This document shows, piece after piece, positions 9,989 to 19,451 of a stretch of DNA of 64,000 nt (positions within the stretch are counted from its first letter, which is position 1; each line of letters opens with the position of its first letter). The stretch lies in the NCBI GenBank assembly GCA_963666975.2, contig CAXVYR010000003.1:1056001-1120000 (forward strand), given 5' to 3'. This DNA comes from Terriglobia bacterium (GTDB taxonomy: Bacteria > Acidobacteriota > Terriglobia > 2-12-FULL-54-10). The notes under the pieces were generated by a model. The model saw only the letters and a list, made by a program, of their open reading frames with translations. It did not search any database and was not told the DNA's origin. Both the position numbers and the translations under genes were made by a program.

Positions 9989-10981
9989 ATGAGATCGATA
10001 CCACTTTTTGCGTTGCTCGTTGCCGGTTTGTTGCTGATGGCTGCGTGCCAGACAGCCTCATCGCCGGGAACCGGAACAACAACCGCTTCGGCGCCGGCGT
10101 TTGACGCTCCAGTATTCGGCGATTCGTTCTGGGACCACTGGGGCGACGGACAGGCGGAACTTTCCGGCTATGACCTGACGTTCGCTCGCTATCGGGAGCA
10201 GCGCCGTGGCACGGCGGTTGCGATCTTCGTGACCGAAACGTTTTCCAACGATCTGCGGGTCAAAGCCGACCCCGGCGTGCACCCGGCCTCGGACGAAGTC
10301 CCCGTGATGAAGCTGAACCTGGTCGAGGACTTCCCCACAGGCATCTACGACTATAACTTGATGACCAGCAGCTTCCTGACCCTGTCGCCCGCTGGCGGCC
10401 TTCCTGCCGGCTCCCCGACGAAGGTCTCCTTCACAAGTCAGGAATGGTGCGGACACGTATACAGCCAGTTATTGTTCCAACCGAACGTCATCCGTCAAAT
10501 AACGCACAGCTATTTCGACAATGAGGCCGACTGGCAAGGCGAAGTAAACTATCCGCCGGACGGTATCGCGGAAGATGCTCTGTGGTTCTGGGCGCGAGGC
10601 ATGGCCGCGCCGCTGCTGGAACCCGGCGGCTCAGCGAAGGTAAACCTGCTGCTGTCGCTCCAAAACTCGCGCATCATCCACGAGGAGCTTGCCTGGAGAA
10701 CCGCGACGCTATCGCGCTCCGATGACACCGAAACCGCGACGGTTCCCGCCGGCAGTTTCACAGTCGAGCGTTGGTCTGCCGCAGTGGAAGACGGTCCCAC
10801 CCGGACCTTCTATGTCGAGGCCGATTCTCCCCACCGGATTATCAAGTGGGAAACAACCGACGGCGAGCTGGCGGAGATGCTGGGAAGCGTTCGCGAACCC
10901 TATTGGAAGATGAACAGCAACGAGCACCTCAGCTCCGTCGAAGGGCTTGGCTTGTCGCCCAGACCGCTACGGACGCCCTGA
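9989..10981 (+). CDS. Conserved hypothetical lipoprotein
   Basis: AAGGAG RBS, lipobox LMAAC; WGDGQAELSGY, PVMKLN, FPTGIYDY, SQEWCG. Confidence 0.8.
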   Translation: MRSIPLFALLVAGLLLMAACQTASSPGTGTTTASAPAFDAPVFGDSFWDHWGDGQAELSGYDLTFARYREQRRGTAVAIFVTETFSNDLRVKADPGVHPASDEVPVMKLNLVEDFPTGIYDYNLMTSSFLTLSPAGGLPAGSPTKVSFTSQEWCGHVYSQLLFQPNVIRQITHSYFDNEADWQGEVNYPPDGIAEDALWFWARGMAAPLLEPGGSAKVNLLLSLQNSRIIHEELAWRTATLSRSDDTETATVPAGSFTVERWSAAVEDGPTRTFYVEADSPHRIIKWETTDGELAEMLGSVREPYWKMNSNEHLSSVEGLGLSPRPLRTP

Positions 10982-11103
10982 ACGGTGCGAGTTCCTGACT
11001 GGTCCCGCCATGTTCAGCGTGCCACCTCGCGGCGTGCTCCGGCGGGCGTGTTCCGGCGGATCGACGCAGCAGGCAGGGTCATGAACTTCTATACTTTTAT
11101 GCT

Positions 11104-11529
11104 TTGGGGAATGCGGGAGTCTCCGTGACCACATGGCGAAAATATGTGCTTCTCCAGATTCCAGGCGGGGTCGTCACCGCTGCTCTGCTTGCGGGACTCC
11201 ATCGCTGGATGGGACTTCCCCTTTGGGGGGCAGCTAGTCTGTTTCTGTTATATGTAGCGAAGGATTTTGTCCTCTATCCCTTTCTCCGTCGCGCATACGA
11301 AACGAACAGCACAACGGTGATCGAACAACTTGTCGGCGTCCGTGGCAAAGCAACCGAGTCGCTCGATCCCCAAGGATACGTGGAGGTGCGCGGTGAACTC
11401 TGGCAAGCCAACGTAGCTCCGGGCAACCAGCCGATCCCGCCGGGAACGCGTATCCGTGTCCAAGCTGCACGGGACCTGACGCTGATCGTGACACGCGACG
11501 AAGACAACAGCGAGAACAAACAAGATTAA
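11104..11529 (+). CDS. NfeD-like short membrane protein (OB-fold C-terminus)
   Basis: Two TM helices, then LVGVRGKATESLDPQGYVEVRGELWQA. Confidence 0.75.
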   Translation: MGNAGVSVTTWRKYVLLQIPGGVVTAALLAGLHRWMGLPLWGAASLFLLYVAKDFVLYPFLRRAYETNSTTVIEQLVGVRGKATESLDPQGYVEVRGELWQANVAPGNQPIPPGTRIRVQAARDLTLIVTRDEDNSENKQD

Positions 11530-11596
11530 TGAGGCCAAACAACCGCTCCTGGTTGAGGAACTAGTTAAGGAAATAGTTGAGGAAATGGTTCACTAA

Positions 11597-13198
11597 ATGG
11601 TCCAGGAAAATATCGTTCAGAAAAACGCCGCCGCACATTCCCACGGAGGTCCAGAGGACTTGCTTCACCTGCGATTTATTCGGACGGCCAAGCGGAATTG
11701 GTTTTCCTTCGCCATGGCCGACACGACCGGAAAGAAGCTCACCTTCGGGAAAACTCTCATCGGCAGCATGATTCTGGCGCGCTGGATTCGCGGGCGCTGT
11801 TCCGGGAAAGAAACCATCGTGGGCATCATGCTTCCGGCATCGGTAGGCGGAGCGCTGGCCAATATTGCGGTTCTGCTGGCAGGCAAAACCCCGGTGAACC
11901 TCAACTTCACCGCCGGCAAAGAAGCCACACAGTCGGCCATCGAACAATGCAGCATACGAACCATCCTGACTTCGCGAACGTTTTTGACCAAGGCAAAGCT
12001 CGAGCAGATAGACGGAATGGTCATGCTGGAGGACCTGCTGGGCCGGATCACGCCGTTGGAAAAAATCCGGACTGCCGTCGCAGCCTTCCTGCTTCCCACA
12101 TGGCTGCTGCAGAGACTCTACAACAGCGGACAGGTCGCTACCGAGGCTCTTGCGACCGTGGCCTTCTCCAGCGGAAGCACCGGAATGCCGAAGGGCATCA
12201 TGCTCACACATTACAACATCATCTCCAACGTCGAAGCCATGCATCAGCTCTTTCCTCTCAACTCGCAGGATTGCATAGCGGGCGTGCTGCCCCTTTTTCA
12301 CTCTTTCGGATTTGGCTGTACCCTGTGGTTTCCCTTGCTCACCGGCGCCGGCGTCGCCTATCACCCGAATCCGCTCGACGCGAAGGCTGTGGGAGCATTG
12401 GTATTCGAGCACAAAGCAACTTTTATGGTGGGCACCGCCACCTTCTGCAACGCCTACACGCGCAAGTGCTCTGCGGAAGAGTTCGCCTCGCTCCGCCATG
12501 TCATCGTAGGAGCCGAGAAGCTGCAGGAGCCGGTTGCGCGGGCCTTCCGGGAAAAGTTCGGACTGGATTTGCTGGAGGGTTACGGATGCACGGAGATGGC
12601 GCCGGTGGTCTCGGTGAATGTCCCCGGGGGCGGCGTGAAGCGGGGAACCATCGGACGTCCTCTTCCCGGGGTCTCCGCGAAGGTGGTCGATCTGGACACC
12701 GGGAAGCCTCTCCCCTGCAATCAGGAAGGGCTTCTGCTCGTTAGCGGACCCAACCGCATGGCAGGATATTGGGGGCAGCCGGAAAAAACCGCCGAGGTAT
12801 TCCGCGACGGCTGGTACGTCACCGGCGACATCGCGGCGATTGATGAGGAGGGCTTCATCCGCATCACGGACCGCCTCTCGCGATTCGGCAAGATCGGCGG
12901 CGAGATGGTTCCGTACATCAAAGTGGAAGAAGCAATCAACCGGATTCTCGGAGATGCCTGTTGCGCGGTCACCGGCATTCCGGACCCGCAGAAGGGGGAG
13001 CGTCTGGTCGTTCTCTATACTCGATCCGATATCCCGCCTGAAAAACTGCGGGAGCAGCTTCTGCATACTGACCTGCCGAGGCTCTGGATTCCCAAGCGAG
13101 AGAACTTCTACTGTGTCGAGGCTCTCCCGGCGCTCGGCACCGGAAAAACCGACTTAAGGCAGGTCAAGGTCCTGGCAGAACAACTGGCGCAAGCATAA
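11597..13198 (+). CDS. AMP-dependent acyl ligase, stand-alone Aas-type acyl-ACP synthetase domain
   Basis: PVNLNFTAG, FSSGSTGMPKG, LPLFHSFG, EGYGCTE, WYVTGD, DRLSRFGKIGGEMV, LGTGKTD. Confidence 0.85.
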   Translation: MVQENIVQKNAAAHSHGGPEDLLHLRFIRTAKRNWFSFAMADTTGKKLTFGKTLIGSMILARWIRGRCSGKETIVGIMLPASVGGALANIAVLLAGKTPVNLNFTAGKEATQSAIEQCSIRTILTSRTFLTKAKLEQIDGMVMLEDLLGRITPLEKIRTAVAAFLLPTWLLQRLYNSGQVATEALATVAFSSGSTGMPKGIMLTHYNIISNVEAMHQLFPLNSQDCIAGVLPLFHSFGFGCTLWFPLLTGAGVAYHPNPLDAKAVGALVFEHKATFMVGTATFCNAYTRKCSAEEFASLRHVIVGAEKLQEPVARAFREKFGLDLLEGYGCTEMAPVVSVNVPGGGVKRGTIGRPLPGVSAKVVDLDTGKPLPCNQEGLLLVSGPNRMAGYWGQPEKTAEVFRDGWYVTGDIAAIDEEGFIRITDRLSRFGKIGGEMVPYIKVEEAINRILGDACCAVTGIPDPQKGERLVVLYTRSDIPPEKLREQLLHTDLPRLWIPKRENFYCVEALPALGTGKTDLRQVKVLAEQLAQA

Positions 13199-13263
13199 GG
13201 TTTCCGGTGGATGGCGCTGACGCGCTTCGGGACAGTAACATTGCCCCGTGCAATCCACCCGTA

Positions 13264-14829
13264 TCACCGGACGGCTGCGCTGAAGTTGCTGGTGTATTCC
13301 GGATCGATGCGACCCATCCGCTCGACCAGAGCCTCCACCAGTTTCTCCCGCCCGGCGCGGCGGGCAACATCGGCCAACTGTTCCAGGCGAAAGAGCCCCG
13401 TGACCCACCCGTCAAAAGACGTGCTCCTGGCAAAACCGTCCGCCAGCCGGATCAGCACCTTTTCTCCCTCCTCCGGGTTGTCACCGAACAGCGTTAACTG
13501 GGCTTCCAGCGGCTTGAGAAGCCGCCCCTCATAGCGCGCCGCCAATCTCCCGTAGATGACGTTGTCGGTGACCTTCTGAAATTCTTCGAAAACCACATTC
13601 GCCCGTTGCTGGGCCTGTCTCGCCTCCTCAATCCGATCCAGCGCAATCAGGGCCTCAGCGCCGCGCGCCGCCCCGATCAGGCGTGCTAATGCCAGCGGGC
13701 GCTTTTCCGCCTCGCGGGCGGCGGCCAGCGCCTCCTCGAAGCGCCCGCGCAGCAGCAGGTACTCCAGCCACGGCTCCGTGAACCGGCCGTCCCGCAGGCT
13801 GCGAACCTCCAAATGAAACGCCTCCCGGAACAGCCGTTCGGCATCCATCTCGTTTCCCAGGCGCAGGTGGACGGTGCCCATCAGATGGATGTTGTGGCCG
13901 TGATGCCACTCCTCCACCGGATCGATTCCCGCCGAAAAATACTCCCGATGCAAGCGGTCAGCCTTGCCAAGCTGTTCCAGCGCTTCCTTCCACCGGCCCA
14001 GCCGGGGCAGCACGTGAGCGTACATATGCTGCGCGTGCGGCACGCCCGGAACCGCCGCGGCGTACTGCGCGCCATGCTCGGCCGCCTTGTCATAATGCCC
14101 CAGTCCCTCGTAGGAGTGGACCATGTAGTGGTGCGCGGCGAAATGGCCGGGGTCGCGCTTCAGGGCGGCGTCATAGTAGGCGATAGAGCCAATTCGTCCT
14201 CCCTGGCCACGCCCCGATGCCCTGGACTCTTCGGCATTCCCGCGCATCACCCAGGCATGGGCGTCATCCGGGTCGAGCGCAATCAGCTCCTCGATGGCCT
14301 GCTTGTATTCCTGATGCTTGCGAGTGCGCTCCTCCTCGGAGGCAAAGACGGCTTCCATTTGCTGCTCCCCGAGAGCAATCCACTTTGCTTCCTTGGGAGT
14401 AAGGTCCCCTTTAGCGGCAAGCTCCGCCGCCTTTTTCAGGTGGAAGAACGCCTCGGCAAATACCGTCGCCCCAACGTAGGCTTTGCTCAGTCCCAGATGA
14501 GCCATGGCCAGCTCCGGATCGCGGCGCAACGCCTCGTGGAACGAGCGTGCCGCATCCACCCAGACATAGGAATGCAGGTAGGCGATCCCCTGGTCGTAAT
14601 AGGCCTGAGCCTCTGCGGAGCGGGTGCCAACTTTCTGGTGAAGCCGCCCAGCCTCAGGAGTAAGTACCAGGGGGCTCTCCATCACTTCAAGCGACGATGT
14701 CCGAGGGATCGCCAGGACCGCTTGTTCGCGAGTGTTCTCCTGTGCGCGCGCAACGCTCGGCTGCCCTACAAACATGGCAACAAGCACCAAGAAAAGTTCG
14801 GTGACCCGCCATAGTTTTCCTTTTCGCAT
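13264..14829 (-). CDS. Secreted TPR-repeat protein with His-rich motifs
   Basis: Signal peptide; AQAYYDQG...ALRRDPELAMAHLG, AAHHYMVH, HAQHMYAH. Confidence 0.8.
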   Translation of the reverse strand: MRKGKLWRVTELFLVLVAMFVGQPSVARAQENTREQAVLAIPRTSSLEVMESPLVLTPEAGRLHQKVGTRSAEAQAYYDQGIAYLHSYVWVDAARSFHEALRRDPELAMAHLGLSKAYVGATVFAEAFFHLKKAAELAAKGDLTPKEAKWIALGEQQMEAVFASEEERTRKHQEYKQAIEELIALDPDDAHAWVMRGNAEESRASGRGQGGRIGSIAYYDAALKRDPGHFAAHHYMVHSYEGLGHYDKAAEHGAQYAAAVPGVPHAQHMYAHVLPRLGRWKEALEQLGKADRLHREYFSAGIDPVEEWHHGHNIHLMGTVHLRLGNEMDAERLFREAFHLEVRSLRDGRFTEPWLEYLLLRGRFEEALAAAREAEKRPLALARLIGAARGAEALIALDRIEEARQAQQRANVVFEEFQKVTDNVIYGRLAARYEGRLLKPLEAQLTLFGDNPEEGEKVLIRLADGFARSTSFDGWVTGLFRLEQLADVARRAGREKLVEALVERMGRIDPEYTSNFSAAVR

Positions 14830-15054
14830 TGCGTTCTCCTTCTGTCCGCCTAAGAAGCAGCTTGAATTGTCTGAATTCTGACTTCGCTTGAAATCATACG
14901 GCAGCCGGTCTCTTGATTCCAGCGAAAACCTCCCGGCAATTCACGCGGCACACACCGTGATAGTCCCGGTGATAGCTAGAATGGCTGCATTCTACCGGAG
15001 GGAGTACAATCGGCCTGGCAAGCCTTTCGGGCTGGCTCCAAAGGAGGAATAACG

Positions 15055-15327
15055 ATGAAACTATCCGTCAAAGCCTTCGCGATTACCGCTGCGCTGGTAT
15101 GGGGAGGCGCGATACTCCTCACGGGCATCTTCTATTTGATTGTGCCCCCTTACGGCGAGCACTTTCTGCTAACTATGAGTTCCGTCTATCCCGGCTTTCA
15201 TGTTTCGGGCAGCTTTCTGGACGTGCTGGCAGGGACCGGTTACGGCCTGATTGACGGCGGAGTCTGCGGCTGTATATTTGCCTGGCTTTACAATCTCTGC
15301 GCCGGGCGGATGGGACAGGCAGCTTAA
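15055..15327 (+). CDS. Small membrane protein (family often labelled holin-like)
   Basis: AAGGAGG RBS; two TM segments, SVYPGF and GLIDG...FAWLYN motifs. Confidence 0.7.
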   Translation: MKLSVKAFAITAALVWGGAILLTGIFYLIVPPYGEHFLLTMSSVYPGFHVSGSFLDVLAGTGYGLIDGGVCGCIFAWLYNLCAGRMGQAA

Positions 15328-15344
15328 AGCAACCACTGTCTGCC

Positions 15345-16166
15345 TTAAGTGGCAGCGGAGGGCGCTAATTCCCCGCGCAGAACTGTGACTGCCTTGCCCC
15401 GAAGGACTACGCGGTCTCCGTTCATGCGCACGCGTACGACGCCACCTCGCGCCGATGCCTGATAACCGGCAACCTCCGTCTTGCCTAAGCGCCTGCCCCA
15501 AAAAGGACCCAAGCAGCAGTGCGCGGACCCGGTGACCGGGTCTTCGTCGATTCCCGCCCCCGGCGCAAAAAACCTGGAGACGAAATCATAGTCTTTCGAC
15601 GAGCTGGCGCTGGTGACCATTACCCCTCGGATAGGAAGCGTTGCCAGCTTGCCCATGTCCGGCTTCAGCCGCCGGATAGTTTCCTCGGATTCGACCTCGA
15701 CCAAATAATCAAAGCGGGTTTTGCTGACGTATTTCGGCGTCACCCCCAACGATTCGGTGAGACCTGCCGGGGCATCCGTCTGCTCCTCCGGTTCGAGCGG
15801 GAAATCCAGTTCGATCCAACCATCTTTGCGGGCAGCCAGGAGAAACCCGCTGCGGGTATGAAATCGCGCCTGCTCGTCCGGCTTCAGGTAGCCCTTCTCC
15901 CACAAGACATGCGCACTCGCCAGCGTGGCATGTCCGCAGAGATCAACCTCAACCGCTGGCGTGAACCAGCGCAGGTCAAAACCATCCGCCTGCTTCAATA
16001 AAAAAGCAGTCTCAGACAAATTCATCTCCCAGGCCACGTTTTGCATCCATTTTTCATTCCAGATCTCATCCCGAGCTTCGGGCAGGACGCAAACCGCCGC
16101 CGGATTACCGGCGAATGGCCGGTCCGTGAATGCATCCACCTGAAAGATTTCCAGGCCCATACACAT
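15345..16166 (-). CDS. PhzF-family isomerase
   Basis: QVDAFTDRPFAGNPAAV, NLSETAF, EVDLCGHATLA, EDPVTGSAHC. Confidence 0.93.
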   Translation of the reverse strand: MCMGLEIFQVDAFTDRPFAGNPAAVCVLPEARDEIWNEKWMQNVAWEMNLSETAFLLKQADGFDLRWFTPAVEVDLCGHATLASAHVLWEKGYLKPDEQARFHTRSGFLLAARKDGWIELDFPLEPEEQTDAPAGLTESLGVTPKYVSKTRFDYLVEVESEETIRRLKPDMGKLATLPIRGVMVTSASSSKDYDFVSRFFAPGAGIDEDPVTGSAHCCLGPFWGRRLGKTEVAGYQASARGGVVRVRMNGDRVVLRGKAVTVLRGELAPSAAT

Positions 16167-16227
16167 GCCCCTTATATTAAAGTTCTGGTTGAGAGATTAT
16201 GTTCTTTGCGCAGAAATTAAAGACGAT

Positions 16228-16393
16228 TAGAGCGTTTTTACTACTGCTGTATCCTCCCTAGCTGTCATCCCGAGCGCAGCGAGGGATATGCTCTTCTCTC
16301 ATGGGAACGCCCCCCCTTGGAGGAAAAGCGGATCCCTCGGGATTACATCCTCAGGGGCGCGGTGCAGGATACAGGGACAGGAAAACCGCTCTA
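16228..16393. mobile_element. TA-bounded MITE (IS630-like ends) enclosing a palindromic repeat
   Basis: TAGAGCGTTTTTACTACTGCTGTATCCT vs revcomp of the right end TAGAGCGGTTTTCCTGTCCCTGTATCCT; internal GTCATCCCGAGCGCAGCGAGGGAT...GATCCCTCGGGATTAC. Confidence 0.65.
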
Positions 16394-16415
16394 GCTGGCG
16401 CTTAACTTTGCGGAT

Positions 16416-17588
16416 TTAGCGCGAGGAGGCGCTTCCAGCCGAAGCTGCCAACTCCAGGTAGCGGGCCTGCACGGCGCTGACGCCATCACCCAGCTTGCAG
16501 GAATGTCCCAGGCTCTTTAGAACCATCTCCAGCGCGGCGATGACTCCCACCATGTCGGTAAAATCATAGTAGCCGAGGTGAGCGATGCGGAAGATTTTCC
16601 CCTTCATAGTTCCCTGCCCGTTGGCGACCACTGCTCCAAAGCCGTCCCTCATCCGCTTTTCAATATCGGAAGAACTGATGCCGTCTGGAGCCGCAACGGC
16701 GGTCAGAGCGTCGGCGGGGACTTCGGCAAAAAGTTTCAAGCCAAGCGCCTGGACCCCGTGGCGGGTGCAATCGGCCAGCACCTGGGCATTGCGGATGAGG
16801 TTCTCGCGCCCTAAACCGCGGACGTGATCCAGAGCCGCCGCCAAGCCCACCAGGAGCGATGTAGCCGGCGTATAGGCCGTGTCGTGCTTCTTTGCCGATT
16901 CCCGCTCCTTGAGCAAATCAAAGTAGTAGCGCGGGAGCTTGGCCGTCTTCATGCGCTCCCAGGCGCGTTCGCTGACACTTGCGAATGAGAGGCCAGGCGG
17001 AATCATCAGCGCCTTCTGGGAACCGCCGATCACCACATCCAGCCCCCAGCCGTCAATGTCCAAATTGCTGGTGCCCAGGCCGGTGATGGCATCCACCAGC
17101 AGCAGGACATCGGGACGAAGATTCCGAAGCCGCGCGATGCCCTCCGTGTCGTTACGGACGCCGGTCGAGGACTCGGTCGCCTGGAAAAAAACGCCCTGGG
17201 CGTCGGGACATTGTTCAAGCGCCTCCTGCACCGCGCTGACCGGAATCGTCCGGCCATAGGGATATCCCACCTTCTCCACTTGGAGACCGAAGGCCTGGGC
17301 CAATTGCTCCCAACGCTCGCCGAACTTCCCGGCCGTAGCCACAATCACACGGTCGCCGGGTGAAAACAGGTTGCTGACGGCTGCCTCCATCGCTCCCGTT
17401 CCGGAAGAGGTAAAGAAAATGACGTCGTTGGCTGTGCCGAAGAAATATTTCAGATTTTCGCGCACGCCGTCGAGAACCTTGCGAAACTCGGCGGTGCGGT
17501 GGTGCAAAGCCGGAGCCGCCAGTGCCGCCTGCGCTTCGGGCAGTAAAGGAGTCGGGCCGGGAGTGAAGAGACGTGGTTTTCGGATCAT
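16416..17588 (-). CDS. Class V aminotransferase (alanine-glyoxylate/serine-pyruvate type)
   Basis: LFTPGPTP, HHRT, SSGTGAMEAA, ESSTGV, VDAIT, GGSQKALMIPPGL, FRIAHLG. Confidence 0.92.
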   Translation of the reverse strand: MIRKPRLFTPGPTPLLPEAQAALAAPALHHRTAEFRKVLDGVRENLKYFFGTANDVIFFTSSGTGAMEAAVSNLFSPGDRVIVATAGKFGERWEQLAQAFGLQVEKVGYPYGRTIPVSAVQEALEQCPDAQGVFFQATESSTGVRNDTEGIARLRNLRPDVLLLVDAITGLGTSNLDIDGWGLDVVIGGSQKALMIPPGLSFASVSERAWERMKTAKLPRYYFDLLKERESAKKHDTAYTPATSLLVGLAAALDHVRGLGRENLIRNAQVLADCTRHGVQALGLKLFAEVPADALTAVAAPDGISSSDIEKRMRDGFGAVVANGQGTMKGKIFRIAHLGYYDFTDMVGVIAALEMVLKSLGHSCKLGDGVSAVQARYLELAASAGSASSR

Positions 17589-17849
17589 AAAATTAGTCCA
17601 CCTGGTAAATCCACCTGCGCAGTTTGCCTGCGGACCGGGAGGATTGGGTTTGGGATTCGGGACAGTTCAGAAAATGCGAGCAGGAACAGGAAAAGGATAT
17701 CCCACTGTTTCCCTGCCAATCGATGCATGGAGCGGACCCACAACCGCGCGGCTTATGCCGGGAGATGCTGCGAGCGGAAGGCCCCGCGCCCCTGCCGAAC
17801 GAACAATCATTCAGGCAATGCGGGAGCGCTCCCGAACGGTTTACTCTCC

Positions 17850-19316
17850 CTATGCCGGAGGCCCCTTCTTCAGGGGGCGAGGCGACATCACGACCGATTT
17901 CGCCTGGGTGTAGTGTTCCAGCGCTTCCAGGCCGTGCTCCTGTCCCAGACCGCTCTGCTTCCATCCTCCAAACGGCATTTCATCATAGATGATCTGCGCG
18001 GAGTTGACCCAGGTATAACCGGCCTGGAGATTTTCCGCGGCAAAGTGAGCCTTGTAGAGATCGCTGGTAAAGATGGAAGAGCCCAGCCCGTAGATGGAGT
18101 TGTTGGCCCGCTCCACCGCCTCCTCGATATTCTTCACGCGGAAGATCGGCAGCGCCGGTCCGAAGCACTCATCCTGGGCGAGCATGGCATCGTCGGGCAC
18201 GTCGGTGACCAGCGTGGGATGCAGGAAATTTCCGTTCTTGTATTCTTTGCCCTCTGGACGCGTTCCCCCGGCGACGACCTTGCCGCCTCGCTTGACGGCA
18301 TCCGCCACCTGCTCCTCGACCTCTTTCCTCTGCCCATCGGTGTGCAGCGGACCCAGGCGGGAAGCCGGGTTCATGCCGTCGCCGATTGTCAGCTTCTTCG
18401 CCTTTCCAATCAGCTTGTTGATGAATTCATCCGCGATGGACTCAAAGACGTAGAGTCGCTTGGTGGCCAGACAGGCCTGGCCGCAGTTGAAAAATCTTCC
18501 CACCGAAGCCGCGCTCACGGCTTCGTCGATGTCGGCGTCGTCGCAGACAATCAGCGGGTCGCTGCCGCCCAATTCGAGCGTCACCCGCTTGAGCGTGTCC
18601 GCCGCCGCCTTCATCACACGGATTCCCGTGTCGGTGGCGCCGGTAAAGCCGATCTTGGCGATCTTAGGATTTTCCAGCAACTCCTGCCCCACCGACGAGC
18701 CCGGCCCGGCCACTACGTTGAGGGTTCCCTCGGGCAGGCCCGCCTGACACATTAATTCCACGACCCGGATGCCGGTGAGCGGAGTGGTGCTGGCAGGTTT
18801 CACGACCATGGTGTTGCCAGCCAGCAGTCCCGGAGCCAGTTTGTTTCCCATCAGAGAAATCGGAAAGTTCCAGGGCACGATGGCGGCGCAAACGCCCAGC
18901 GGCAACCGCAGCACCATTCCGAAACGCCCGTCGGCGATGGGGATTTGGACGCTGCGCAGGTTCTTGCCCAGCCCCGCGTAGTATTCCAAGGTGTGCTGGA
19001 AACGGCGAATCTCCATGGTCGCTTCCTTGAGCGGTTTTCCCTGCTCCCTGGTCAGGCTTTCGGCCAACTCTTTCACATGTTGGTCCATCAGCCGAGCCGC
19101 CTTGTAAAGCACCTCGGCACGGGCGGCGGGCGCCGTCTTGGACCAGACCTTCAACGCTTGTTCCGCAGCGTCAATAGCCCTCCGGGCGTCCTCTCGATTC
19201 CCGCGCGAAACCGTTCCCACAACGCTTCCGTCCGCCGGATTGCGTACTTCGGTTACTTCTCCTCCGACAGACTTTGCCGGTTGTCCGGCAATTACAAACT
19301 GAGCCATCTGAACCAT
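17850..19316 (-). CDS. Aldehyde dehydrogenase
   Basis: PWNFP, KPAS, FTGA, LELGGSDP, NCGQAC, ECFGP, PFGGWKQSG. Confidence 0.95.
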   Translation of the reverse strand: MVQMAQFVIAGQPAKSVGGEVTEVRNPADGSVVGTVSRGNREDARRAIDAAEQALKVWSKTAPAARAEVLYKAARLMDQHVKELAESLTREQGKPLKEATMEIRRFQHTLEYYAGLGKNLRSVQIPIADGRFGMVLRLPLGVCAAIVPWNFPISLMGNKLAPGLLAGNTMVVKPASTTPLTGIRVVELMCQAGLPEGTLNVVAGPGSSVGQELLENPKIAKIGFTGATDTGIRVMKAAADTLKRVTLELGGSDPLIVCDDADIDEAVSAASVGRFFNCGQACLATKRLYVFESIADEFINKLIGKAKKLTIGDGMNPASRLGPLHTDGQRKEVEEQVADAVKRGGKVVAGGTRPEGKEYKNGNFLHPTLVTDVPDDAMLAQDECFGPALPIFRVKNIEEAVERANNSIYGLGSSIFTSDLYKAHFAAENLQAGYTWVNSAQIIYDEMPFGGWKQSGLGQEHGLEALEHYTQAKSVVMSPRPLKKGPPA

Positions 19317-19451
19317 TTTGCTTTACTCTTCATTCTCCTATTCAAGAAATGCGTTCGCTCCCAGGGCGCCCGGCAGTCTTCTCTTGCGTTCTTTGCTGCC
19401 GGTCAACCCCGGGGCATGCCGTTCGGATCGAATTCACCAAGCCGTATGCGA

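Noticed and set aside
15055-15327. Prophage signalled by a holin-like gene
   Set aside because: No endolysin, structural or integrase genes nearby.
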